From: Paecilomyces variotii
Lineage: Eukaryota
NCBI GenBank assembly: GCA_004022145.1
Contig: RCNU01000003.1
DNA length: 64,000 nucleotides
Direction: 5' to 3' (one strand)
The notes under the pieces are model-generated. The model searched no databases, was not told the origin of the DNA, and saw only the letters and a list, made by a program, of their open reading frames with translations. Within the stretch, counting starts at the first letter, position 1. Every line of letters begins with the position of its first letter. Below are positions 50,273-62,616 of this stretch, in pieces. Made by a program: the position numbers and the translations under genes.

Positions 50273-52239
50273 TGATCTAGTTACGTGTTCAGGGTTGTTT
50301 TGCTTTATGGGCGCCAGGATATTGCAGGGCCAGGAATGGGTACGTGGATAGAATACCCCATGTGTATTTGGGACAGTAGCGAGATATCGTTAGCGAGCTC
50401 TAGCAATGAACAGCCATACACGAGCTCTGTTCTTTTTTTTTCGTTTCAAAACAGATTTTCTCACCTGATATCTTCTTCGTAAAGCTTTTATGGGATTGAC
50501 GCTGGTCTTAAGTAGTACGGTGATGGGTATTGTGTCGAACTAAGAGATCATGGAAGCAGATAACTAGCTGTGCAGAATATATAAGATATTGGGTCGAGGT
50601 AGTAGAATCTTTTTTCTTGCTTAATATCCGGGATGACTGGAATCTAGCTAACTTCTAGTAACTACTTATTCATCATCCAGGCCCTGCTGAATACCCCAGA
50701 AGCGTCTATTGCTGCGTCAGCGGTTTGTCTTATCTACTTCCCACTTCCTATGTACTAGTATAAACCATCAATTAATATCCGTATAGTTGCTGAACGCTTT
50801 TTTATTTCCATATTTCCATATAGCGAGGATACCGGTGTCGGGAAAAAAGAAAAAGAAAAATTATCTGTTTAACTCTCATCCATTGAACAAATGTTACTGG
50901 GGTACTACTATAGATCACATGGGCGTCTGCATGCAGCTTATCTGCAGCGAAGGCTTTTTCTATGGTCCTAGATGTTAGAATGGCCTGAGGGATGCGTGGT
51001 CTACGATTACTTATTGAAGGATGATGGCGGATGGCTGATAGAGCGGTGAGTGAGTGAATTCCTTCCAGTGTCGAAGTTTGTTGTCTAGTTTAGTCCATCC
51101 ATTTTGAAATTGGGACTTCGACTCGAGGTTGTACATACTTACTGCACAAGTGGGAGTGGAGGGGAATACCGACCTTGTTTTTTTTCGTTCAATGGATGAC
51201 GAGGAGCTAGACAAGGAACGGGATCAACGTGGCTCGCTTCGTTGATTGATTCCAGGGACCCCGATTATGCGTTCAGTGGGAGTACGTACGTATACTCTAT
51301 ACAGTTATCCGTCGCATCAAGAACGGGAAACAACGGCGCCTGGGCGATTTGCGCGATGCTCCCTTATGTCATTTCTACCGTTCCAAAGGGGATTCCCAAT
51401 GGAAATACCAGTATAGAATACGATATTGATTCACTGGCGTACGGCACGAAGATAGCCAAAGAGTGGAAGCGACTGCAATAGTCCTCCGGTCTTTCCATCA
51501 GGAACCCGATCAGAGGTGGGCTGTGAGGAGGGGCACGGAACTCGCCGAACGAACTAACTGAGAGCCTGGGAGATCAGCTTTGGTCGAGGCATTTGTCGCT
51601 GGTCGACTAACCCGATTGACTCCGGTAGCGCATCGTGGAGAGTACGCTAGGGTAGAGCGTGGAAACCGCTAGAGAGAGCAAAGTGTCAGATCTGGGGAAA
51701 CCGTTCGAGACCGGTACGGTGAGATAAGATGACATCGTGATCCGATAGAAGACGGGGGGATTGACGGAGGAGGAAGAGGATGCCAATTCAATGGAAGAGA
51801 CTAAGTGTCATCTGCAAGATGTCCTCGATTCGTCTTTTTGTCGTCCTTTTGTCAAGCAGTCTGACAGCCAGGGGGGGCAGCATTTGGACCAGACAGTTAT
51901 TATTAGTTGTTTTGGTGGCGGCACATGACGCACGGCTTCATCCCGCCTCATTGCTTCCTGCTGGCTCCCCCACTTTCTCTCCCCCAGCGACTTGGATGCT
52001 CGCTGGCCTTCTGTCTCCTTCCACGCCGAGGAGGCTCTGGAGAAGTTATATTATTCTCTTGTCTTGTCGCTTCTAGTATCCCTTGACAGTGAGCCCTGTC
52101 TCTGACAATTCGTCCTCAGTCCACAGCTTTGACCTTTCTGGCTTTCATACTTCCGCAGCAACACAACCGACGCCCTGTCAACAAGCAACCACAACAGTCT
52201 GATATCCCATTGTACTCTAATAATATTTAATCCGACACC

Positions 52240-53916
52240 ATGGCTGGCAACGCTGGTAACCTGCCCAAGACCATGAAGGCTCTCAGGTGAGTGCAATCTT
52301 CTCTGCTGGCATCCCTCTCATACGATCCATTCGCGCTGGAACCCGGATACCGGTTGGTGATGGCATTGGGGAGGAACAGCTGGCACAGTCCACAGTGGTT
52401 TGGGAAACTGTCCCTGCATCTCAGAGAGGCTGTACTCCCTGGCGACTCAGTCACCAGAGATGCGACATCCTTGCCCGCCACGTCTCATCCCAGCAGGGGC
52501 CAGGTGGAAGCAGTCGTATGATCATGTGTAGCCATAGCTGACACCAGAGTTTCCTTGCCATAGATACGAGAAGCCTGAGGTCTTTGACGTTGTCGAGGTT
52601 CCGCTCCCCACTCTGCGTGACAACGATGTCCTGGTATGGCTCCCCTGGCTCTCTCAATTCCTGGACGACACGATCACTGATACGCGTTGACCGTTTGAAC
52701 AGATCAAGGTCAAGGCCTGCGGCGTCTGCGGCACTGATCTGCACATCCATGAGGGAGAGTTCCTTGCCAAGGTACGTAGTACACTCAGGTACCTGTTTTG
52801 GTCGTGTCACAGTACTGATGATTCGCAGTTCCCTCTCATTCCTGGTATGCATTAGATCCATATGAGAGCGTCGACAGACAAGTCCTAACCTGCCCTCTAG
52901 GCCACGAGACTGTCGGTGTCGTTGCTGCCACTGGCCCCAAGGTGAAGGGCTTCCAGCTCGGAGACCGCGTTGTTGCAGACAACTCGGAGCTTTGCGGCGA
53001 GTGCTTCTACTGCCGCCGTGGTGAGGAACTGATGTGCGAGCATTTCGAAGCCCACGGTGTCACCATGAACGGCGGTTTTGCCGAGTACTGCGCCTATCCT
53101 GGTAAGCTGGCGTGCTTCTCGACATGGTCGGCCGGATCTGACAAGTGAGTAGCTGGCCGTGTCTTCAAGATCAAGAACCTCTCCGACGTCGATGCCACCC
53201 TGCTGGAGCCGGCCTCCTGCGCCGCTCACGGTCTCGACAAGATCGCTCCCAAGATGGGCTCCAGCGTCCTTCTCTTCGGTGCCGGTCCCACCGGTCTGGT
53301 AGGTCACATAACTCTGTTCTCAAAAGCGCATATGTTAATAGGGACATAGATCCTTGCTCAGATGCTCCGTCAGAACGGCGGTTGCCATGTGGTTGTCGCG
53401 GCCCCTGAGGGTCTCAAAATGGACCTGGCCAAGTCCCTGGGTGCTGGTGACGAATACGTCGCGCTGTCCCGTCAGGACCCCAGTGCTCAGTTCGAGAAGC
53501 TGAAGGCCGAGAACCCGTATGGCTTCGACATTGTCGTTGAGGCCACCGGTAGCGTCAAGATCCTGGAAGACGCCATCAACTACTGCCGTCGCGGCGGTAA
53601 GCTGGTCGTCTATGGTGTCTATGCCAACAAGGACCGTGTCTCCTGGCCCCCGAGCAAGATCTGTAAGTTTTAGATGAGCTCCCGGTTATTAGTGTGCCAT
53701 ACTGACGGTTGGTTTTCCGTAGTCGGTGACGAGATCACCATCCTTGGTAGTTTCTCCGAGGTGTACAAGTTCCCTGCTGCCATTGACTACCTCGATTCCG
53801 GCAAGGTCAAGGTCAACGGCATTGTGAACAAGGTGTTCAAGATCGAGCAGTGGAAGGAGTGCCTGCAGGCGATGAAGAACAAGAGCGCCATCAAGGCTGC
53901 TATCACCTTTGACTAG
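52240..53916 (+). CDS. Zn-dependent medium-chain polyol dehydrogenase (D-arabinitol dehydrogenase Ard1-like); 8 exons
   Basis: Exons 52240-52286, 52564-52633, 52703-52771, 52829-52844, 52901-53101, 53153-53298, 53350-53662 and 53723-53916. Motifs [21 protein letters not shown], structural Zn CGECFYC...[17 protein letters not shown]. Strong codon bias. Confidence 0.88.
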
Positions 53917-54921
53917 ACGGGAGAGATCTTTTAGACGGGGGGAAATAGACCCTTTCAGGTTATGAAAGTCACGTAGACGATTAATGAGCTATGTCTAATA
54001 AAAGCGACACGATTGATAGTTCCAATACAGAGACAAAAATTGACAGTTCATCAGTTCATCAGATGGTTCTTTTTCCCTCGTAGAGCTAGCAAGGGTAGAT
54101 AGGGAGATAGATAACTTATATATTGGTATAGCGTGGGGAAACGAGGACCTTGACGAAAGCTTACCGCCCGGTGACGCCTTCTGCTGCGACTTGATTGCCG
54201 ATCGCTTTCCCCCAAGGTAAAGTGCGAACAGCTGGGTAACTAATAATAATAACTCGATCGAATGCGTAATATATCCGTCCTGACTGGGAATTTTTCATTC
54301 CGCCCATGATTAACTGATAACAATCAACTTCGGGAACATCCGAATTATCAACCTTGGAACGGAACTGGGGTAGACCATAGCGTCGGATGAATCAACCAGT
54401 GTGATTATTTTTATTTCCATTAGCAGACAGCACAGATGTGCGGAAAAATATCGGATATATCTATATGCGTGTCGCATCAGGAATTCTAGAGTTATCCATT
54501 GACTGATAGCTGACATCTACATGTACATACACTACATCCATCATCCATACTCATAACGGACGGAATGTGGAGCCCGTTCACGGCTACAGCGGTGATGAAG
54601 TGATCTTATATATATATATATTCGACAATTCGATTCCCAGAATAGAAAGTGGGATATATTAGTTTGAGAGACAATTCTCAGTATTATATAGTTACCGTAT
54701 TCGTCACGTAATATAGAAACCCAGAGATCGAGTTCATAAATTACCGTAATTTACACCGCCCGAACGACCCTCCTACATCATCGCATCCACCTAAACTACC
54801 CTAGCTAACTAGCTAACTTCCAACCCAGCTGGAACTGCTAGTTAATAGCTTCAACGATCCTCACCATCAATTGCAATTAATCAATCTCTCTCTCTCTCTC
54901 TCACTGCACTGAAAAAAAAAG

Positions 54922-55953
54922 ATGGTAAAACCACTCACATTCAAAGGCGACAAGCCCAAAAAGCGCAAACACCGCACCGACGACACCGATCCCACTCAAC
55001 GACGGATCAAATCCGACCCATCATCATCATCAGCCCTCACAACCACCACAGGCAGCGCAGGCCCCGCCGAGGACGAAAACGCCGAAGACACAAGTTGGGT
55101 TTCTGCAGACGTCCCGACGGATATTTCCGGACCCGTGATCATTGTCTTACCATCGAGTAAACCGTCGTGTGTCGCGTGCGATGCGAATGGGAAGGTGTTT
55201 GTTTCTGAGTTGGAGAATTTGATCGAGGGTGATCCTGCGACGGCGGAGCCGCATGATGTTAGGCAGGTTTGGGTCGCGACTAAAGTGGCGGGGAGTGAGG
55301 GGGTGAGTTTTAAGGGACATCATGGGAGGTGAGTTTTGTTTTTTTTTTTTTTTTTTTTCTGTTTTACCACTGGAGTGTTTTGTATTTGGAAGAGAAGATG
55401 GGGATAGATGAGAGGCAGGAATTTACGCGACGAGAAAAGGGGGAAAAAGGAAGAGAGAAATTAACTGTTTGCTTCTTGTGTGTCTTTTAGATATCTCAGT
55501 TGTGATAAATACGGCATCCTCAGCGCCACATCAGCAGCCATCTCACCGTTCGAATCATTCCGTATCCTTCCTGCGCCCGACACACCGGGTCTATTTTCCT
55601 TCCAGACCGTCGGTGGAGACTCTGAAACGTTCCTATCCGTCAAGGAGGATGAAGAAGGCACAAGCAGAAAAGGCTCCTCGTCAAAGGTCGAAGTCCGCGG
55701 AGACGCAAAGACGCTCGGTTTCGAGACGAGTTTTCGCGTCCGGATGCAAGCGCGCTTTAAGCCGAGAGTGAAAGCGTCCAAGGAGAGCAAGGCGAGGGAG
55801 AAGATTAGTCGACGAGAGCTGGAAGAGGCGGTCGGTAGAAGGTTAGAGGATCATGAGGTGAAGAGGTTGAAGAGGGCGAGGAGAGAGGGGAATTTTCATG
55901 AAGAGGTGCTGGATGTTAGGGTAAGGGGGAAGCATGATAAGTTTGCTTCGTGA
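54922..55953 (+). CDS. frg1: FRG1-like protein; 2 exons
   Basis: Exons 54922-55328 and 55491-55953. MVKPLTFKGDKPKKRK, EPHDVRQVW, SFKGHHGRYLSCDKYG, RVRMQARFK, and C-terminal EGNFHEEVLDVRVRGKHDKFA. Confidence 0.88.
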
Positions 55954-56646
55954 GAGGCTTTACGAGTTTCTCTCTTCTTATGTTTGAAAGAGATTGGATC
56001 TTGGGCCAGTGCTACTTAGTCCCTGGGCGGATGAGTTGCGAAGAGCCGCGGCTCTTTCGAAGACTGCGACATGAGGCCATTTCCTATCTCTCAGGGAGCA
56101 TACACACACATCGTTCGTGCTCTGTATGCGGCAGTCGACTTTTCCAGGCGGGAAACAACACCATCGTATGCTGCTGTCTAATGTGGAGCTGAAACCCACT
56201 ACAAGCTATGTGGCAGTGGTCGATGGAAGACAAATGCAAGAGCCATGTATAATCCCTGCAGGCACTATAGTTTCGAGACCTGGTAGACTACAACGTCTGT
56301 ACTACCATGGGATAGAACACGTCGCGGATGCCTACTATACATCGAGTTGAGCCGGAAAATGTCAGCGAGCAGGCAATGATAGAAGGCCATGCTCGCCCTT
56401 TACTGGGAGCATAATTCAAGAGACATTCCCCGAATGACGGCCAAGTCACGTAGATGAAAATTGACCTTTTATGCATTAAAACATCGCTAATATCATATCT
56501 CAAAGTATATCAAAATATGTCCAACATAGGGTATCACAACTCCATGACAAGAAAGATAGTCGAGCTTGCGCCGGTCCCAATGCTGCTCAATCATACCTAC
56601 CGTTGGCCTTCTCGCTTGCAAACATTCGACTGGGTATCAAGGTTGA

Positions 56647-58625
56647 TTAGAAACCCAGTGTTCTGTTCATTACTTTGCGCCCTGGGAGATTCCACAGTTA
56701 GCCAACTAGGCTTTAAACACGTCCAAGCACACTTACACCGAGGCAGGTTTTCCTGCTGCTCTCTTTCCTCCTCTTCGGACCCGACAGGATTACCGAGCAG
56801 GGCTACAGCCCTCATTCGCATAGCTTCCTGCCGGTCTCGAGATGATGCGACGCTGGTCCGCCTTGAAGAAAGCTGACTTGCTTCGGCCGTGGTATTCTGC
56901 CTAGAAAGCGGAGAGCGTGCCGGTCTCCTGTTCCTTGTGGTATAATGGCTGAGTTCGTCAAGTGAGGGTTGGCTGCCGGCGAAGAATATGAAAGACCCAG
57001 TGGATCGAGGATGCAGGAAAATTCCGGATACAGAGTTGCTCCTCCGCGTACGGGCATTTCTTGTCCTGTCGCTTTCATGAAGTCGATGTGCTCTTCTCAG
57101 TAACCGTTCGCGACGAACCATGAGGTTGGTTACTTGTGTCGGGCAGAAATCTGGCGGAAGGACACTCTTCTTGCACATTGGACAAAGACTGCTGTTTTGC
57201 ATCAGGAAAGCGTCGATGCACTCTGGGTGGAAGATGTGCGCGCAAGGGAGCTCACGGACGACAGACGACCCGGGAACAAAGTCATCCAGACAAATTGCAC
57301 AGGTGGGTTGGCTGAAAGTCAGGCGAGCTTCTGTCTTGATGTCCGTAATCGAATCCCGCATCGTTGCCAATTCGATCGTTGAGACGTCGAAGTCCTTTAA
57401 TGTTGAACAGCTCATGTCGGGATCGGAGAATCTTGGCATGGCTGGTGCTATCGCGGACGCATCATCGTCCTTTTCACGCAGTGTGCTCGCCAATGTCTGC
57501 TCGTCGCCAAGAAAAGCCTTTGGTGGAGCAGTAAGAACAGGATATGTATATACGGGAATCTTGTCCAAGATGTCCCTGGGTACTTTCATCCGCTTGATAC
57601 CAAGAGACTCGATGTCTACTTCGCCCGCCTCAATACGACGACGCAGGTTTTCGCGACGTCTCCTCTGGACCATCCGAATCACCACAATCGACGAGACGAC
57701 GACAAATATCAAGACTCCCAGGATGGCGAGGATGAATACCCACAGGCTCGGTACGGAGCTGCTGGGTTGTTCTGCAACCGTATCAGTGGCATACTCCAAG
57801 CCAATAGCTGCCAGTGGGGGAGGTTACCTAGACTGATAAGAGCGTAAAGCCGTGCAAAATTAGTAGATGACTGAACATTGGATAGGTCGCTACTGTTCTC
57901 CGGACTCGTGGTATTTCCCGAGTACTGCGCGAGCTCATTCATCAAGGTGTTTCCTGCAGGTCCCGGGATTGCATATACGGGGTAATGGTTATTCTGTCTC
58001 CAAGCTCCTCCATCATTCAGTGTCCAGACTGCATCGCTAATTGGCGGAGGCTTTTGAGTGTCATGGCTACCGGCTCGATAGAAGATGAGAGCTGAGGCTG
58101 GCGCGTTCCTAGCTGACGCAAGATACGACTCCGTGCAATCGATCGAGACCCATGGGGCCAATCCAATTAGATTGTATCCGAGATCAGGCAAATCTGCTTC
58201 GCGTGTGACATTCTGGGGGACAAAGGGCGCGGTGACGTTGTTACACGGGTCTTCAGGGTCGAGAGTTGGAACAAATAGTAAGCCACTGATCGAGTCCTGG
58301 TTGGGGGAGTTGTTCGTTGACAGCGTCTGAATGGTGCCATCGAGAACAAATCGAAATGATATGCTTTCCTGGATGTGGCATGCTCAATCAGTTGCTGGCT
58401 GACAATAACAGATACGGTTGTCTCACATTTACTACTGGCGCTTTCTGAAGAGGCGTGCTTGAACTTTCGAAGACAGTGACCGCCGCCGTCAACGATTGTG
58501 CAGCTAAAAATAATAATTATTAGTTAATATTGATTCTCTCTGCATAGGTTGTGTTCGCAGGGGACATGTAATTTTTGAGAGTACAGTATATGCAAACGGT
58601 TATCGGCGGGGAAAAACATACACAT
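56647..58625 (-). CDS. Transmembrane RING-H2 E3 ligase with a PA-like N-terminal region; 5 exons, start uncertain
   Basis: Proposed exons 58625-58622, 58503-58427, 58368-57828, 57771-56737 and 56681-56647. TM helix LWVFILAILGVLIFVVV, RING-H2 CAICLDDF...LPCAHIFHPECID...CPMC, and several N-x-S/T sequons before the TM. Confidence 0.8.
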
Positions 58626-59224
58626 GCTGCCGATGAATGGTCTCTCCCGGAGAGACAGAGAAGTAGGAGGACCTCAGACTTGACGGACCATGCTGAACAG
58701 GACTCGAGAGACTCGGGGCAGCCGATGTTATTATAGACAGCTATGTTGCCATTCCGGCGAACATAACTTGAGGTCAAGAATGCGACGGCAACAACAGATC
58801 GACCAAACAGGCAAGTAGCGGGGAATTGATCTGATTGGATTATCCGGCAGCCCATCCGCCATCGATGTGCTGGAGATTGTCTGGGATGGAACAAGGACAA
58901 TTGCCAAAGCGCAGAGATGCTGGATCACTGGCAATGGACGCCATCATAAATGCGGTGCCATCTTATCGTGGTCCTCGCTGGGAACGCAGCTCGCAGTGAT
59001 CGACCTGCGCATGCGGGGCGCCCAGGCGTTTTGACAGGTTGGTTGTGCTGCAACCAGACAAGCCGTTCATCGTCCTTATCTTTTCTTGTCGTCCAGTGGA
59101 ACGCATCTTGCAGAGCGCGCTGGAAACAGGTTTGTTGAACAAGCGGTCTGGGAGACCTAGAACACTGGCCATGGTGCCAACTGGTGGGAATCGGGAGATT
59201 TAGTGTAGAGTCGAGTAGATTAAT

Positions 59225-59248
59225 TGTAATTAATTATAATTAATTACA
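59225..59248. repeat. Perfect 24-bp AT-rich palindrome
   Basis: TGTAATTAATTA|TAATTAATTACA is its own reverse complement. Confidence 0.9.
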
Positions 59249-60003
59249 TGACGGAATGCGACCCTCTGCTGTCTGGAACTCGTGGAAGATGAATTATGCG
59301 ACAATCAGTTAACTACTTACGGGGCGCGGACCGTTCAGTGGAGAACAGCCCTATGGCAAGTGCGCGTGCTTGACTCTCTCCTTGCGCAGGACTGACTGAG
59401 ACACAGAGAGAAAGAGAGAGAGAGAGAGACATTCTCGAAAACATCTGAGATACTTGAGACATCTTGCTGCTCGAAGAGGCCAGCAATTATTAATTCGAGT
59501 TATTGAAAAACACCGCAGATTGCTCGTACAGTACAATAATCCCATAGAACTTCCTCCAGTAACCAAATAGTGCGGAGAGAGTGGCATCACGTGATATCAT
59601 GGGAGCACGGGCCAGATCGATATCCGACGACATGTCGAGTGGCCGTCCTGAAGCTCGATTCACTCCTGCTGCCATCTCAAAGCAGATCTGGTCTTCTGTG
59701 TTCGTCCAGAAGATCCTACGTGCACGCTACTTCCTCTGAGGGGGGAAATGACAGCGCTTCCGTGTCTGTGACGTTCGTGACTCGTCGAGGTGCCCTACCC
59801 CGGACACGCCAACACAGCTGCTCCTCGCGCGCGACAACATGGTTTGTCGGACCACGACGGCATAATCCAACACCGTTCTCATATATAACACTCAGTCGCG
59901 ATCCCGGAAATCCCCAGCAACATCTGTCTCGGTCCCGCTGAGCCAGTGCTTGACTTGACGCCCGGTCGGGTTCTTCCTACCACCGCAACCCCGCCTACCC
60001 ACG

Positions 60004-62168
60004 ATGCCAATTGCCAACAAGGGCAAAGGAAAAGGCCGCGAGACGAAGCCATCGCGCAGTCGCAACACGACCCCGAGTTCGGGTCTTAGCGCAACAACGG
60101 CTCTCTCGTCGGTATCTGGCTACCTGGACAGTGATGTGTCGAAAGTGTTCGTCCCCGCGAACCCCCAGTATTCAGAGATCTTGGAGAAGTTAGGGAACGG
60201 AGGCACAATTCCAGACTCCAAATCGTTGGAATCCCTAATCGAGCACCTCAAGACGCTGAGTGAACTGGCAGAGGCCCGTGGTGAGGCATGCAACGCCGGC
60301 ATGCGCGAACTTTCTCAGCGCCGGAAGGAGGTGTTGGAGGATCAGAGAGAACAGGAACAACTTGAGGCGGAGGAACGACTGAAGATGAAATGGGAAGCGG
60401 AGGACGAAGAGGATGGAAGCCGTGCCTCAAAGGGTGGCAAGCTGAAGAAGCGTAAAGAGCGAGTTTCCAAGGATGAGCGCCCGCCGGCTCATGGAGCCCA
60501 CGAGCTCACCAAGCAGGATGGCAGCGAGTTGAAAGTCGAAGGTGAGTCTCAGTATTATCAATCTGTACCTGCTTGCGCCGTGGTTTCCTGCATTTCCATG
60601 ATCCCAGTGCTTTTCTTTCATCGACTAACATGTTCTGACAGGTGACCGCAAGCGGAGTCGCGAGGCTGGTTCACCATCATCAAAACGGTCGAGGAATCTC
60701 GCGTCTGGCAGTACATCTTCTTTCTCACCTCCGTCGTTGGCGTCACCGCCGCCGACCACCGCTGTCAATGAGCCGGTTGCACCAGAATCTCCTGGGTCGG
60801 ATGCGAGCTCGGACTCGCACCAACCGGAGCCAGCACCTGCGGTTCCTCAGTTCCAAGTCTTCGGGCCGGACCCGTTGAAATTCGATGACCCGACCATATA
60901 TCATATTCGTGATGTGACGCCTGGGATGAGCGATGAAGAAAAGAAAGAAATCTACTGCGTGGCTCGGTTTCCCCAAAGTGACCTTAGCCACCTGATGGCG
61001 GGCACTCCACCAGACAAGGACTTCAGTAACGCGAAACCTTCGAATCAGGTCAGCGCGAACACGTTCGCTACATATATCGAACCCTATGTCCGGCCTCTAA
61101 CAGAGGAGGATATTGCTTTCTTAAAGGAAAAGGTTAGTCCCGCATTCTACAGACTCATCGACGGTGATTGACGTGACTCAGGGAGATCGTACTACCCCGT
61201 TCGTGATGCCGCGACGGGGAAAGAAGCACTATACAGAAGTGTGGGCCGAGGAAGACGGGGCGCTTAGCGTGGACGTCTCGAATCCTGACCGCGATCGCCT
61301 TCCTTTGAATCAGGGACGGGGGAATATCGAGCAGGTCACCGACGATACCTTGGAAACGGACAAAGTCTCTGTTGCACCTTTGGTCAGTCGTCTCTACTCT
61401 CTTCTCCGTTACGAGCACCGCGCTCCTCCAGATGAGAACGCCAACGGAGCCGCCAACGGGGAGACTTCGACAAATGGCGTCCTCAACGGCGATTCCGCAA
61501 TGGATATTGACCACCCTCCCGGTGAGCCTGAAACCAAGCCCATGCCTTCGGCGACATCCTTCCCCGATGCGTCTCCTAGCGGTTTCAAGGTGCCAGCAGC
61601 AAAGCTTGAGCATGCGCAGCTGGACGAGCGCTTAAAGGCAGAACTCCGCTACGTTGGTTTTCTTGGCCCGGACGACAATCCAGACTATGACGCCCACTAC
61701 GATGATGACATCGCACAGCGCCTGCGTCTCTTGCAAAGTGAGCTGAAGAAGCAGATGATCATCAACGGCGCTCGCAAGAGCAGACTCCTTGACATTGCCC
61801 GCGAGCGGATGGCATACCAGGAGTACAGCACTATCCACGATGACCTCGACTCTCAGGTACAACAGGCCTACTTGAAGCGTACCCGTACGCTGGGGAAGAG
61901 CAAGAAGGGATCACAAGCAAAACATCGACCCGGTGGAGCTGGCGGTGGAAGTCATATTGTCAGCGCAGCTGGCGTCGGTCGTCCAGGCATCGGCGATGTC
62001 GCGAGGACTCTCATGGACCGCCGCAAGCGCTGGCGCGACTGCATCGGTCCTGTTTTCAAGGACAGCAAAACGACTGTTCCGAGCAAGGACGAAACCGTCT
62101 TCGACCCCGCAGTCATGGCGGAACTCGAAAAGGCCGAGCTGGAAGGTTGGGACGAGGAGCAGGAGTAA
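60004..62168 (+). CDS. ngg1: SAGA/ADA histone acetyltransferase complex subunit Ada3/Ngg1; 3 exons
   Basis: Exons 60004-60541, 60642-61132 and 61182-62168. [75 protein letters not shown]. Confidence 0.92.
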
Positions 62169-62616
62169 AACTGCCCCTAACATACGGCCTGTAGTCTGTA
62201 TATACCTGTGACATCTTTTTTGAAACATCTGCATTATAAGGGTTTAATCGGTTCTTTATCAATGCTGCAGATAATGCATTCTGCCGGAAAGTTGTGGGTT
62301 GGGTTCCCGGCATGATCATGGTTTACGGGCTGGCGTCACAGGGTGGTTTTTTTACCGTGGGGAAACAGGCTTTGCTTTGATGATATTAAATTCTATTCCG
62401 CGGAATAAGAAATTGCGTTCTCTCTCGTTTTTTTCTGATAATCTTCGACGTTAGTATTCTCAGTATACGTAGGTAGTATAAGATTTTCACATTCCCCAAC
62501 GCCCAACCGCTATAATGGATTAATAAAGATCCCCAAATCATTTCCTATATCCCGTTTTGCCGTCCCAAATACTCATACTATTAACCTCCAGTATATATGT
62601 CTAGTCATCATCGTCA

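Noticed and set aside
57120..57836. 238-aa plus-strand ORF
   Set aside because: Antisense shadow of the RING ligase.
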